Origin: Bacillota bacterium
Lineage (GTDB): Bacteria > Bacillota > Dethiobacteria > Dethiobacterales > Dethiobacteraceae
DNA length: 64,000 bases
NCBI GenBank assembly: GCA_012521345.1
Contig: JAAYMN010000066.1
Coordinates: forward strand, 5,376 to 69,375
Reading direction: 5' to 3'
Positions 53,961 to 63,587 of the stretch are shown here, one piece after another. The number at the start of each line of letters is the position of its first letter. Within the stretch, counting starts at the first letter, position 1. Below the pieces are notes generated by a model. It did not search any database. It saw only the letters and a program-made list of their open reading frames with translations, and was not told the DNA's origin. Made by a program: the position numbers and the translations under genes.

Positions 53961-54516
53961 ACGGAGAGTCTTAAGCGGTTGATAAAGGGGTGGCCTTTCA
54001 TTGCCGCCCCTTTTGCCTGCCACCGTAAAGCAGCTTTATGCCACAGTTTTTAACTGTGTTTTTTCTTTTTTAAGTAAACTACTACTGACGGCAAATGATT
54101 TATCATAGTATGCTTCAGCAAGGTTATTATGCTCTCTTTAACAGAGCAGATAAAGACCAGTGTCCTTCTTGACGTCAAGGGCCTTGTAAAAATGTACTCC
54201 AAAACCCGGGCAAACGTTTTCCTGAAGCTTGTTTCTTTCTGAAAACACCACCTGTACAGCAGGACAAAAAGCACAAAATAGCTGCTCGCAGTGCATCTAT
54301 GCGTATAGTGAGATGCTATATACATCCGTATGACAACATCTTCCATCCTGTCTGTCTCTTATCATTGAATCCAATAGGTTACAATCCGCTCACCTTACAA
54401 TTCTGCCACCGATTTTTGAACCTTCTCATCAGCACATGAATATGATGTGGTGACAGCAAAAAGAGACCGGTTTGTCTTTTTGCCAAGCAATATTTAAAAA
54501 GAAAGGTAGTTGTTAT

Positions 54517-55200
54517 ATGGCTGACGAAATGCTGAAAGAGCAAAATGTTGAACTGGAAGCAGAGGAAAAAGATGTGGCCGGCGCAGGTCTGGAACCATGT
54601 GAATGCGATGAGGAAGAAACGCTGGACCAGTCATACCCGCCTACACATCATAAAAAAGATGATTGCTTCTGCCTGCGGGTATACGGCAAAACACTGGAAG
54701 CAATCCTGGAGGCACAAAAACAAATTCTGTGGTGCTCTCCGCCCGTTGCTTCTTCAGCAGACGAATTAACTGCCCTCCAGGCAACATGCCGCCAGCCCAC
54801 GTCCTGCCCGCCCGGGTTCCAGGGGCGCTATACAGTACGGCCGGGTGATACCATGTTCCTGATCGCTCGCCGTTTCGGCGTCTCTCTGCAGGCATTAATC
54901 AACGCCAATCCGCATATCACAAATCCCAATTTGATTTTCCCCTGTGACGTACTTTGCGTGCCGGGCGCACAGGACTGCCGTGTCCCGACTTCCTGTCCTC
55001 CCGGGTTCAAGGGGCGCTATACGGTACGGCCGGGTGACACCATGTTCCTGATCGCCAGACGTTTTGGCGTCTCCCTGCAGGCACTGATCAATGCCAACCC
55101 GCATATTACAAACCCCAACCTGATTTTCCCCTGCGACGTACTTTGCGTGCCGCAAGCAAGAAAATCTGAAGAAAACGACGAAGAGGAAGAAGAGGAATAA
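54517..55200 (+). CDS. Cys-rich protein with two tandem LysM domains and acidic termini
   Basis: YTVRPGDTMFLIARRFGVSLQALINANPHITNPNLIFPCDVLCVP occurs twice. The ATG at 54517 is chosen (MADEMLKEQ). Confidence 0.85.
   Translation: MADEMLKEQNVELEAEEKDVAGAGLEPCECDEEETLDQSYPPTHHKKDDCFCLRVYGKTLEAILEAQKQILWCSPPVASSADELTALQATCRQPTSCPPGFQGRYTVRPGDTMFLIARRFGVSLQALINANPHITNPNLIFPCDVLCVPGAQDCRVPTSCPPGFKGRYTVRPGDTMFLIARRFGVSLQALINANPHITNPNLIFPCDVLCVPQARKSEENDEEEEEE
54799..55152 (+). repeat. Tandem in-frame duplication (two 165-nt units, 189-nt period) encoding the LysM modules
   Basis: Unit 1 (54799-54963) and unit 2 (54988-55152) align without gaps. By hand alignment there are about 20 substitutions, and all but one are synonymous. 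Confidence 0.9.
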
Positions 55201-55210
55201 TACCCGCAGG

Positions 55211-55261
55211 AAAGGGTCCGACTTAAGGTACCGCAACCTACCGAAGTCGAACCCTTTTTTG
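55211..55261 (+). terminator. Intrinsic terminator after the LysM gene
   Basis: aaagggtccgactt / gaagtcgaaccctttt stem with one mismatch, followed by a T6 run. Confidence 0.7.
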
Positions 55262-55407
55262 TTGGCCTGCTTTTTCTCGTTGTCCCCTGTATGTGCCGCC
55301 GCTGCTCTGTCTCTCCAGGATAAGTTCAGGGTCTTTTTTTACCCCCAAAGGGCAAATGCCCCGGCAAGGAGAATATATATACGAAAAAACGAAGGAGTGA
55401 ACCAGCT

Positions 55408-56094
55408 ATGCGATATGAAATTAAAGGTGACACCTTGCCGGTTGTTATTACTTATCTGTCCGGCGGAGAGACAGTTTACACCCAGTCGGGCGGCATGGCC
55501 TGGATGTCAGGTAATATAAAAATGGATACCAATATGAAAGGCGGCTTGCTTGGCGGCCTGAAAAGGGCTTTCACTGGCGAATCAATGTTCATGACTTTTT
55601 ACAGCTGCCAGCAGGGTGAAGGCATGGTAGCTTTCGCCTCTTCGTTTCCCGGGGAAATAAGACCCGTCCGGCTTGAAGCGGGCCAGTCCATCGTCTGCCA
55701 GAAGGATGCTTTCCTGTGTGCAGAAGAAAGCGTAAAGCTGGAAATATTTATTCAACGCAAACTTGGCGCAGGCTTTTTTGGCGGCGAAGGCTTCATCCTG
55801 CAGAAGCTGACCGGACCCGGCCTGGCTTTTGTGGAACTGGACGGCAAGGTGATTGAATACGAATTGCAGCCGGACCAGGTGCTGAAAGTAGATACGGGTC
55901 ATGTGGCCATGTTTGAACCGACTGTCAGCCTGGATATTGAAATGGTAAGAGGGTTCCGCAATATTTTCTTCGGCGGCGAAGGATTGTTTTTAACCACCCT
56001 GCGGGGGCCGGGGAAGGTCTGGCTGCAGACTATGCCCCTGGCAAACCTGGTAAACCTGGTGGCTGCCAGACACAGCCACGGTGATAAAGAATAA
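55408..56094 (+). CDS. AIM24 / TIGR00266 (DUF124) family protein
   Basis: [46 protein letters not shown]...GESMFMTFY is characteristic of the family. Confidence 0.85.
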   Translation: MRYEIKGDTLPVVITYLSGGETVYTQSGGMAWMSGNIKMDTNMKGGLLGGLKRAFTGESMFMTFYSCQQGEGMVAFASSFPGEIRPVRLEAGQSIVCQKDAFLCAEESVKLEIFIQRKLGAGFFGGEGFILQKLTGPGLAFVELDGKVIEYELQPDQVLKVDTGHVAMFEPTVSLDIEMVRGFRNIFFGGEGLFLTTLRGPGKVWLQTMPLANLVNLVAARHSHGDKE

Positions 56095-56108
56095 GGGCGC
56101 AAAACCAA

Positions 56109-56153
56109 AGGTCCTGTTAGAACACTCTCCTCCTAACAGGACCTGATTTTTTT
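56109..56153. terminator. Terminator between convergent AIM24-family and acyl-CoA synthetase genes
   Basis: 12-bp perfect stem aggtcctgttag(56109-20)/ctaacaggacct(56133-44) followed by GATTTTTTT. Confidence 0.75.
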
Positions 56154-56168
56154 CCCACCTTTGTCCGG

Positions 56169-57815
56169 TCAAGAAACAACGCGTCTTTCCGTCTGGATGG
56201 CTACAATCTTGCTGGCTCCGTATTTCTCTCTCAGGCGCGGTTTTTCAATTTTACCGGTCGGGTTCCGGGGAACCTGATCAAAAATGATTCTGCGCGGCCG
56301 TTTGTAGCGCGGCAGCGTTTTGCAGAATTGCCTAATATCTTCTTCTGTACAATGCTTGCCCGGTTTTATTTCGATAATTGCCGCGGCAATCTCGCCCAGG
56401 CGCTTGTCGGGTAAACCGATTACCGCTGCATCCTTGATGGCATCGTGAGCCCGCAAAAAGTCTTCAATTTGAACCGGGTAGATGTTTTCACCGCCGCTGA
56501 TGATAACATCCTTCTTGCGGTCAACCAGGTAAATAAAACCGTCTTTGTCCATACTGGCCATATCGCCTGTCAGCAGCCACCCGTCTTTCAGTACTGCAGC
56601 AGTGGCTTCCGGGTCTTTATAATAACATTTCATAAGGCCGGGACCTTTAACGGCCAGTTCTCCTATCTGCCCCTGCGGTACAGGCTGACACTTTTCATCC
56701 ACTATTTTTGCTTCCCAACCGTATCCCGGCACCCCGATGGCGCCGACTTTTTCAATATTCTCGACACCCAGATGAACGCAGCCGGGACCGCAAGATTCAC
56801 TTAAACCGTAATTGGTATCGTAAAGATGGTGGGGAAAATATTTTTTCCAGCGCCGAATCAGGCTGGGAGGCACAGGTTGTGCACCAATATGCATCAGCCG
56901 CCACTGGGAAAGCTCATACTCTTCCAGCCTGACGGTACCGCTTTCAATGGCGTCCAGCAAGTCCTGCGCCCAGGGCACCAAAAGCCAGACAATAGTGACT
57001 TTCTCTTCAGAAACTGTTTTCAGAATCCATTCGGGCCTTACCCCGCGCAGCAAAACGGCTTTGCTGCCGCTAAGCAGGCTTCCGAACCAGTGCATTTTGG
57101 CGCCGGTATGATAAAGCGGCGGAATGCACAGAAAATTATCTTCACGTGTCTGCCCGTGGTGCTTCTGTTCCGTATAGCAGGCTGACAGCAAACTCCTGTG
57201 CGTATGCAGGATTGCTTTGGGAAAACCGGTCGTGCCCGAGGAAAAATAGATGGCCGCGTCATCATCATCAGTCAGCTCAATACCTGGGGCCTCGGAGCTG
57301 CAGTTTGCCGTCAGGCGGTCATAGCTTTCGGCAAAGGGCGGCCTGTTTTCTCCGGCATAAAAAAGCGCTTTTATTTTAGGCAAATCATGATATATTGTTT
57401 CGAGCCGGCTGATAAATTCGGGACCGAAAATCAATACCTTGGCGTCGGACAAATCCAGGCAATACTTGATTTCTTCAGCCGTATAGCGGAAATTCAAAGG
57501 GACAGCCACGGCACCCGCCTTTAAAATGCCAAAATAAACAGGCAGCCATTCCAGGCAGTTCATCAGCAGGATTGCCACTTTGTCCCCTTTTTTTACGCCT
57601 CTTTTAATCAGCAGATTGGCCAGGCGGTTCGCTTTTTCGTCAAATACCCTCCAGGTCATATCCCTGCGGTATTCTCCGGCAGGGTTGTTCTCAATCAGCT
57701 CATACTCAAGCCAGGTAACATTATGTTCTTCCTGAAGATCCATGTTGATTTCAGTCAGGCATTTCTCCTGTCCGTACAACCGTGCATTGCGCTCCAGCAA
57801 CTCCGTAATAGGCAT
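56169..57815 (-). CDS. AMP-dependent acyl-CoA synthetase/ligase
   Basis: AMP-binding motif YFSSGTTGFPKAI, plus YGLSE, TGDMASMDKDGFIYLVDRKKDVI, and the C-terminal PRNPTGKIEK. Confidence 0.9.
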   Translation of the reverse strand: MPITELLERNARLYGQEKCLTEINMDLQEEHNVTWLEYELIENNPAGEYRRDMTWRVFDEKANRLANLLIKRGVKKGDKVAILLMNCLEWLPVYFGILKAGAVAVPLNFRYTAEEIKYCLDLSDAKVLIFGPEFISRLETIYHDLPKIKALFYAGENRPPFAESYDRLTANCSSEAPGIELTDDDDAAIYFSSGTTGFPKAILHTHRSLLSACYTEQKHHGQTREDNFLCIPPLYHTGAKMHWFGSLLSGSKAVLLRGVRPEWILKTVSEEKVTIVWLLVPWAQDLLDAIESGTVRLEEYELSQWRLMHIGAQPVPPSLIRRWKKYFPHHLYDTNYGLSESCGPGCVHLGVENIEKVGAIGVPGYGWEAKIVDEKCQPVPQGQIGELAVKGPGLMKCYYKDPEATAAVLKDGWLLTGDMASMDKDGFIYLVDRKKDVIISGGENIYPVQIEDFLRAHDAIKDAAVIGLPDKRLGEIAAAIIEIKPGKHCTEEDIRQFCKTLPRYKRPRRIIFDQVPRNPTGKIEKPRLREKYGASKIVAIQTERRVVS

Positions 57816-58199
57816 ACTTTTTCCTCCCGTTCTACCATTCTACAAAAAAAATTCTGGTTCTCCAACCAGTTCTGCAAATTGTTACTTTACATTATAATAC
57901 GTGCCCGCTAGTTAATCAACCTGTTCTTTTCCCTGCGCAGCCCCTGCCATGCCGGATAAAAGCCGCTGCGGCTTTGAGCAGCGCTTTGGAAGGAAATTCA
58001 AACCTGTTTCTGGGTTAAAAAATATCGGGGTAATGCAGGAAAAAGAAAAGCATTTGGCCGAATGCATCCGTTCTTCAGCCGAAGGAGGCCGCATTCGCCA
58101 AATGCTTGACATTTTAGCCAAATATTTTTCTAAATGATGTACTTATTGAAAGTGCACTGCAAGATGCTTTACAATATGCATCCCTTTACCTGACAGGCA

Positions 58200-59774
58200 T
58201 CATTCCCAGTACATATCCTGGTAGTAGATACTGCCGGCAATCATATACTCAACGCCCTTGAGTTCAGGTGCTATGGCTAAGGTTGAAACAACCTCGCACA
58301 GTCCGTACCACGGGCAGAAATCTACAAATACTTTGATTGCTTCAAACAACTGCTCCTGCCGGCTGGCCGGGTCATAAGTTGTTAATGCTCCCATGCTAAG
58401 CTGTCCGTAGATGTCACGTTCGGGTCCGGTCCAGCCAAGCGGGATGAATGTCAGGTACATGGCCAGAATATCTACTGCCAGCATACTGGGGGCGGACGGT
58501 GTAAAGATGGCAATTTCGAAATTGTTTGCATCCATAATTGTCCCGAAGTAGGTAGCCTGGTCGTAGTTGATGATTTCCGATTCTACACCTATTGCAAGCA
58601 AATTTTCCTGGATGATTTCCGAAATTGTAACTGCATCCGAAGAACCGTTGTTGATAATGCGCAGCTTTTTGCCCACAAGGCCCGACTGCTCGGCAAGCTC
58701 CCTTGCTTTTTCAGGATTGTAGCCAATCGAGTATGTTTCATGGAGATTGAGGAAGCGCTCCTCAAAATCGGCAAGGTGGTGGGAAGCCGGGTAGTCGGTG
58801 ATTGTAGATTTGCCATCGTAAATGAGATCAACAATAGCCTCACGGTCAATGGCGTGGCAGACCGCCCAGCGGGCTTCTTTCGAGCCTAGTGGACCGTCCG
58901 GCAGCATGCTGAACAAAGTAACATAGTTGTAGCGGCCATTTGAGATGCGAATATTATAGCCGAGCGATTCCACATAATCTGCTTCCGAAATCGGGACTCT
59001 CGCCAGATCGAGAGCGCCCGTTTCTAGAGCGTTTATAACCTGTGCTTCTTCATTGATGATCCTGAATTCAATGTTCTTGATTTTGGGCTTTTCACCCCAA
59101 TAATCGTCGCGCGCTGTAACTTTAAGATGGCTGTTGACCACATAGTCTGTTACCACGTAGGGGCCTGTGCCGATGGGGTTGCGTGACAGCGCGACTTCAT
59201 CGAAGGATTCTTTGTCCAGAACAAACATGGAGGCAAAGCCCGGCTCCTGGGAAGCATTGTATTCAGTGTACCAGAGATCAATTGTATAATCGTCGACAAC
59301 TTTCGTCTTTTCAAAGTCAACAACTTTAACGTTCAGGAAGAATTGCGGGTCATCCCTGCAAAGTTCCATGGAAAACATAACGTCCTCGGCCGTAAGCGGG
59401 TTGCCGTTTGAGAACGTCACGCCCTCACGAATAGTAAGCTTGTAGTTCAGGTCGGTAATCCGCTCAAGCCCGGTGGCAAGCACCCATCTGCGCGAACCGT
59501 CTGCCCTTGTGTCATACAGCGGCTCGTAGAACGCATACAACGGGCCGATGAAGCCGCCTGTGACCCCCAGCGGATAAAGCGTACCGCTGTCTTGCGTGGC
59601 CTGGATCCTGAGCGTCCTATCGGCATCGTCAGGCTCTTCCACAACATTGCTGTTGTTGCTGTTGTTGCTCCCCGTGCTGCTATTGTCGTCGGTTTTTTTG
59701 CCGGCACAGGACAAAAGCAGAAACAGCAGCAGAATGGCAAGCAGCAGTACCAGCGCTTTTTTGGTTTTCGCCAT
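58200..59774 (-). CDS. ABC transporter substrate-binding lipoprotein, family 5 (peptide/nickel/opine type)
   Basis: Lipobox LLLSCAG, an Asn/Ser-rich linker, then a family-5 SBP pattern (LRIQATQDSGTLYPLG...FSNGNPLTAEDV). Confidence 0.85.
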   Translation of the reverse strand: MAKTKKALVLLLAILLLFLLLSCAGKKTDDNSSTGSNNSNNSNVVEEPDDADRTLRIQATQDSGTLYPLGVTGGFIGPLYAFYEPLYDTRADGSRRWVLATGLERITDLNYKLTIREGVTFSNGNPLTAEDVMFSMELCRDDPQFFLNVKVVDFEKTKVVDDYTIDLWYTEYNASQEPGFASMFVLDKESFDEVALSRNPIGTGPYVVTDYVVNSHLKVTARDDYWGEKPKIKNIEFRIINEEAQVINALETGALDLARVPISEADYVESLGYNIRISNGRYNYVTLFSMLPDGPLGSKEARWAVCHAIDREAIVDLIYDGKSTITDYPASHHLADFEERFLNLHETYSIGYNPEKARELAEQSGLVGKKLRIINNGSSDAVTISEIIQENLLAIGVESEIINYDQATYFGTIMDANNFEIAIFTPSAPSMLAVDILAMYLTFIPLGWTGPERDIYGQLSMGALTTYDPASRQEQLFEAIKVFVDFCPWYGLCEVVSTLAIAPELKGVEYMIAGSIYYQDMYWE

Positions 59775-59788
59775 TTTCCTTCTTCCTC

Positions 59789-60745
59789 CTAACTGTTCAT
59801 GATTTCCTTATAACGGCAGCATGCGACAAAATGCCCCGGTGAACTTTCTTCGAGAACTTGCGGTTCATTGCACTTTTCCATGGCATAATCGCAGCGCGCC
59901 ATAAAACGGCACCCCGGTTTCGGATTGATCGGCGACGTTAACTCCCCGCGCAACAGTATCCGCTTTCTCTTTTTGTGAATGTTGGGAATCGGTATCGCCG
60001 ACAGCAGCGCCTTGGAGTAAGGATGAAGAGTGTTGGCAAACAGTTCGTCGGACGGAGCCTTTTCCACCACCTGCCCCAGATACATCACCATGATTTCGTC
60101 TGAAATGTATTTGACGACGGACAGGTCGTGGGTTACAAACATATAAGTGAGGCCGAACTCCTCCTGCAGATCAAGCATCAGGTTTATGATCTGTGCCTGA
60201 ATGGAAACGTCAAGCGCAGAGACAGGTTCATCGCAGACAATAAATTTCGGTTTCAGCGCCAGCGCACGTGCGATGCCGATCCGCTGACGCCGGCCGCCGT
60301 CAAGCTCGTGCGGGTAGGAGTTTTCAAACCGGGCGGCCAGGCCCACCGTATCCATGAGACTCCGCGTCTCTTCAAGCATCTCATCTCTAGACATGCCACC
60401 GCGCAGGATCAGCGGTTCCATGATGGCTTCACTAACAGTCATGCGGGGGTTGAGCGAGGAATACGGGTCCTGAAAAATAATCTGCATTTCCTCACGTAAT
60501 TTGCGCAACTCCTTTTTTCGCGGGTACGTGATATCCCTGCCCTCAAAAAAGATCTGTCCGTCGGTCGGCTCTGTCAGATGCAGCACCGTGCGGCCAAGCG
60601 TTGTCTTCCCGCAGCCGGACTCGCCCACAACACCGAGGGTCTTGCCTTTTTCCAGAGTGAAGCTGACATCGTCCACCGCATGCAGAGTGCCGTAACGCGT
60701 TTTGAAATATTTCCTCAGGTTGCGTACTTCAAGCAACGGAGTCAT
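59789..60745 (-). CDS. Oligopeptide/dipeptide-type ABC transporter ATP-binding protein (OppF/DppF-like)
   Basis: [37 protein letters not shown], and the C-terminal oligopeptide-type extension. Confidence 0.9.
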   Translation of the reverse strand: MTPLLEVRNLRKYFKTRYGTLHAVDDVSFTLEKGKTLGVVGESGCGKTTLGRTVLHLTEPTDGQIFFEGRDITYPRKKELRKLREEMQIIFQDPYSSLNPRMTVSEAIMEPLILRGGMSRDEMLEETRSLMDTVGLAARFENSYPHELDGGRRQRIGIARALALKPKFIVCDEPVSALDVSIQAQIINLMLDLQEEFGLTYMFVTHDLSVVKYISDEIMVMYLGQVVEKAPSDELFANTLHPYSKALLSAIPIPNIHKKRKRILLRGELTSPINPKPGCRFMARCDYAMEKCNEPQVLEESSPGHFVACCRYKEIMNS

Positions 60746-61716
60746 GCCGCACCCCCCCTGGCCTTAATGCACTTGACCGTATGGCCGGGCGCTACTTCCA
60801 CATCCGGCGGCGGCCCTTCCGCACACTCTGCAGTTGCCTCGGGGCAGCGCTCATAAAAACGGCAGCCCGGCGGCAGGTTCGTCGGATCCGGCATCATCCC
60901 TTTAATGGGCTTGAGGCGGGGCTCTTTCGAATCAAGTTGAGGCAGGGAGCCAAACAGGCCCAGCGTATAGGGATGAGCGGCAAAATCAAAGATGTGCTCC
61001 ACAGTGCCGCGCTCTACGATTTCGCCGGCATAGACCACGGCGACTGAGTCGCAGGTATCGGCGACAACGCCAAGGTCATGCGTTATCAGGACAACTGATG
61101 TCCCGAGCTGCCTTTTCAGCGATTCCATCATATCCAGCACCTGTGCCTGGATTGTAACGTCCAGGGCAGTGGTCGGCTCATCGGCCAGAAGCAGTTCCGG
61201 GTTGCAGGAAAGTGCCATGGCAATCACGACACGCTGTTTCATGCCGCCGGAAAACTGGTGTGGATATTCGCTGTAGCGCTCCATCGGTATGCCGACCATT
61301 TCCAGCATTTCGGATGCACGTTTTACGGCTTCGAAACGTGTAATTTTATTGTGGCGCTGAATTGCCTCCGCAATTTGAAAACCAACCGTTTCAATGGGAT
61401 TAAGCGCCGTCATTGGATCCTGGAATATCATGGCAATTTTATTGCCGCGTATTTTTTGCATTTCTTTTTCGGAAAGTTTCAACAAGTCAGTGCCGTTGAA
61501 AAAGATTTCGCCCGAGACTATCCTTGCCGTTGGCGGCGGCAAAATCCGGAGAATGCTGCGCGCAATCGTTGTTTTTCCTGCACCCGTTTCGCCGACCAGT
61601 CCGATCGTCTCACCTTTTTTCACCGTAAGATTAACGTTGTTTACGGCATAAACCACTGCCTCGTCAGTATGATATTCAACCGCAAGATTGCGTATTTCAA
61701 GCAGTTTTTCGTCCAT
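60742..61716 (-). CDS. Oligopeptide/dipeptide-type ABC transporter ATP-binding protein (OppD/DppD-like)
   Basis: GETGAGKTT, QFSGGMKQRVVIAMAL, LLLADEPTTALD, and the C-terminal CxFxxRC motif. Confidence 0.9.
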   Translation of the reverse strand: MDEKLLEIRNLAVEYHTDEAVVYAVNNVNLTVKKGETIGLVGETGAGKTTIARSILRILPPPTARIVSGEIFFNGTDLLKLSEKEMQKIRGNKIAMIFQDPMTALNPIETVGFQIAEAIQRHNKITRFEAVKRASEMLEMVGIPMERYSEYPHQFSGGMKQRVVIAMALSCNPELLLADEPTTALDVTIQAQVLDMMESLKRQLGTSVVLITHDLGVVADTCDSVAVVYAGEIVERGTVEHIFDFAAHPYTLGLFGSLPQLDSKEPRLKPIKGMMPDPTNLPPGCRFYERCPEATAECAEGPPPDVEVAPGHTVKCIKARGGAA

Positions 61717-61725
61717 GTGGCCACC

Positions 61726-62583
61726 TCAGTTTTTCAGGCGCGGGTCTAACGCGTCCCGCAGCCCGTCTCCAAGCAAATTGCAGGCAAGAACACTGATCAT
61801 GACGCAAAGGCCGGGGTACAGTGCATGGGTCGGGTGCTCACGCATCACTCTCCTTGCATCGGAAATCATCGCACCCCACTCGGGAATCGGCGGTTGTACG
61901 CCGAGGCCGATAAAACTAAGCGCAGAACCGGCCAGTATGCAGGCGCCCACGCCCATGGTAATTTGCACAATCAGCGGCCCAATTGCGTTTGGTATAATAT
62001 ATTTCCAAATAATCCGGAAATCGCTTGCATTGATCGCCTTGGCAGCCTCTATGTATTCTTTTTCCCGCACCGTCAAGACTGACGCCCGCATAATCCGTGC
62101 ATAACCCGGCACCGTACCGATACCCAGGGCGATGATTGCGTTGCGCAGGCTTGGCCCCAGAATTGCCGCAAGTGAGACGCTGAGCAGAAACATGGGTATT
62201 GCCTGGTAGATATCAAGCAGACGCATGCTCAAGTTGTCTACCCAGCCGCCGTAATATCCCGCCACAGAGCCAATCAGGATGCCGATAACAGCCGCGATCG
62301 CCACGGAAACAATGCCCATTTGCATTGACTGCCTCGTTCCGTAGATCAGGCGGCTTAAGATGTCGCGCCCGAGCCTGTCGTTGCCAAGCGGATGCTCTCT
62401 GCTCGGCCCGGCGTTTGCCAGCTTTGAATTTTGCTTTTCATAAGGATGCGGCGCCAGGAAAGGAGCAAAAATGGCCACCAGAATCAGCAGAACAAGAATA
62501 AAGAGAGCAACAACGGCCACTTTATTTTTTTTGAGCTGATGCCAAACCTCATGTAGTCTCGACTGTTTTCGTCTCTTTTGCAA
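61726..62583 (-). CDS. ABC transporter permease (OppC/DppC-like)
   Basis: N-terminal OppC-type segment (HPLGNDRLGRDILSRLIYG) and an EAA loop (YIEAAKAINASDFRII). Confidence 0.9.
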   Translation of the reverse strand: MQKRRKQSRLHEVWHQLKKNKVAVVALFILVLLILVAIFAPFLAPHPYEKQNSKLANAGPSREHPLGNDRLGRDILSRLIYGTRQSMQMGIVSVAIAAVIGILIGSVAGYYGGWVDNLSMRLLDIYQAIPMFLLSVSLAAILGPSLRNAIIALGIGTVPGYARIMRASVLTVREKEYIEAAKAINASDFRIIWKYIIPNAIGPLIVQITMGVGACILAGSALSFIGLGVQPPIPEWGAMISDARRVMREHPTHALYPGLCVMISVLACNLLGDGLRDALDPRLKN

Positions 62584-63538
62584 GCTGCCGTCCCGCCTTT
62601 CTTTTCTCTTTTCTGGTGTACTGCGAGCGTATTCTTGGATCTACCAGAGCAAAAATCACGTCCACAATAAGAATGATTACCGCGAACATCCCCGATACAA
62701 CAAGGATGCCGCTCTGAATAACCGGGTAATCACGGTTGTAAAGCGCTGTCATAATATACTGGCCAAGACCCGGTATAGAATAGATGACCTCGGTGATCAG
62801 CGAACCGCCGAGCATAACGCCAAAAATACCGCCAATAACCATGATCACAGGGATCATCGCATTTTTTAGCGCATGGCGGTAGACCACCCTGCGTTCACTA
62901 AGTCCCTTTGCTCTCGCAGTTGTTATAAAGTCCTGCCGCAACACCTCAAGCATGTCTGACCGCATTTGCCTTGCTATCAATGCAGTCAGACCGAGAGCCA
63001 TGGCGACACTGGGCAGAACCCAGCCTTTCCAGTCATCCACTCCGGAAACAGGCAGCCAACCCAGGTAGACGCCGAAAAACCGTATCAGCAATAAGGCGAA
63101 CCAAAAGCTTGGCATAGATACTGAAATCAGGGCGAGAAAAATTGCCGTGTTGTCTTTCCATGTCCGCTGGTGAACTGCCGCATAGATGCCAATCGGGATG
63201 CCGATGAGCACGGAAAGCGTGGTGCCCAGCACAACGAGTGTCAGCGTGTAGGGGAAACGCTCCCACATTTCGGTAGCCACGGGACGTTTGGTCATCAATG
63301 AAGTGCCCAAATCTCCATGCAGAAGCTGCCAGATGAAACGCCCGTACCGTACGGGAAGCGGGTCATTAAGGCCAAGCTCCTCCCGCAGTGCATTCACCTG
63401 TTCCTGCGTAGCCTGAGCGCCAAGCATCATCCTGGCAGGGTCGCCGGGAGTAACGTCAATGAGAATCAGCACCACCAGCGAGATGCCCAGCAAGACTGGT
63501 ATTAGCATCAGTAGTCGTTTGATGACGAATCTTACCAT
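62549..63538 (-). CDS. ABC transporter permease (OppB/DppB-like)
   Basis: MVRFVIKRLLMLIPVLLGISLVVLILIDVTPGDP is the canonical OppB N-terminus. EAA loop ITTARAKGLSERRVV. Confidence 0.9.
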   Translation of the reverse strand: MVRFVIKRLLMLIPVLLGISLVVLILIDVTPGDPARMMLGAQATQEQVNALREELGLNDPLPVRYGRFIWQLLHGDLGTSLMTKRPVATEMWERFPYTLTLVVLGTTLSVLIGIPIGIYAAVHQRTWKDNTAIFLALISVSMPSFWFALLLIRFFGVYLGWLPVSGVDDWKGWVLPSVAMALGLTALIARQMRSDMLEVLRQDFITTARAKGLSERRVVYRHALKNAMIPVIMVIGGIFGVMLGGSLITEVIYSIPGLGQYIMTALYNRDYPVIQSGILVVSGMFAVIILIVDVIFALVDPRIRSQYTRKEKRKAGRQLAKETKTVETT

Positions 63539-63587
63539 TTTGCACTTACCTCTGCTCGTAATTCAAAATGGTTGGTCTCCGGCAAAC

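Noticed and set aside
54050-54346. 98-aa minus-strand ORF in the AT-rich gap.
   Set aside because: It has no ribosome-binding site that I could identify, no motif and an unusual composition. It is treated as non-coding pending expression data.
57912-58137. Two overlapping small ORFs (57912..58121 minus and 57949..58137 plus) between the acyl-CoA synthetase gene and the SBP gene.
   Set aside because: They are mutually antisense, lack a convincing SD and have no family resemblance. The interval more likely contains the promoter and terminator signals of the flanking genes.
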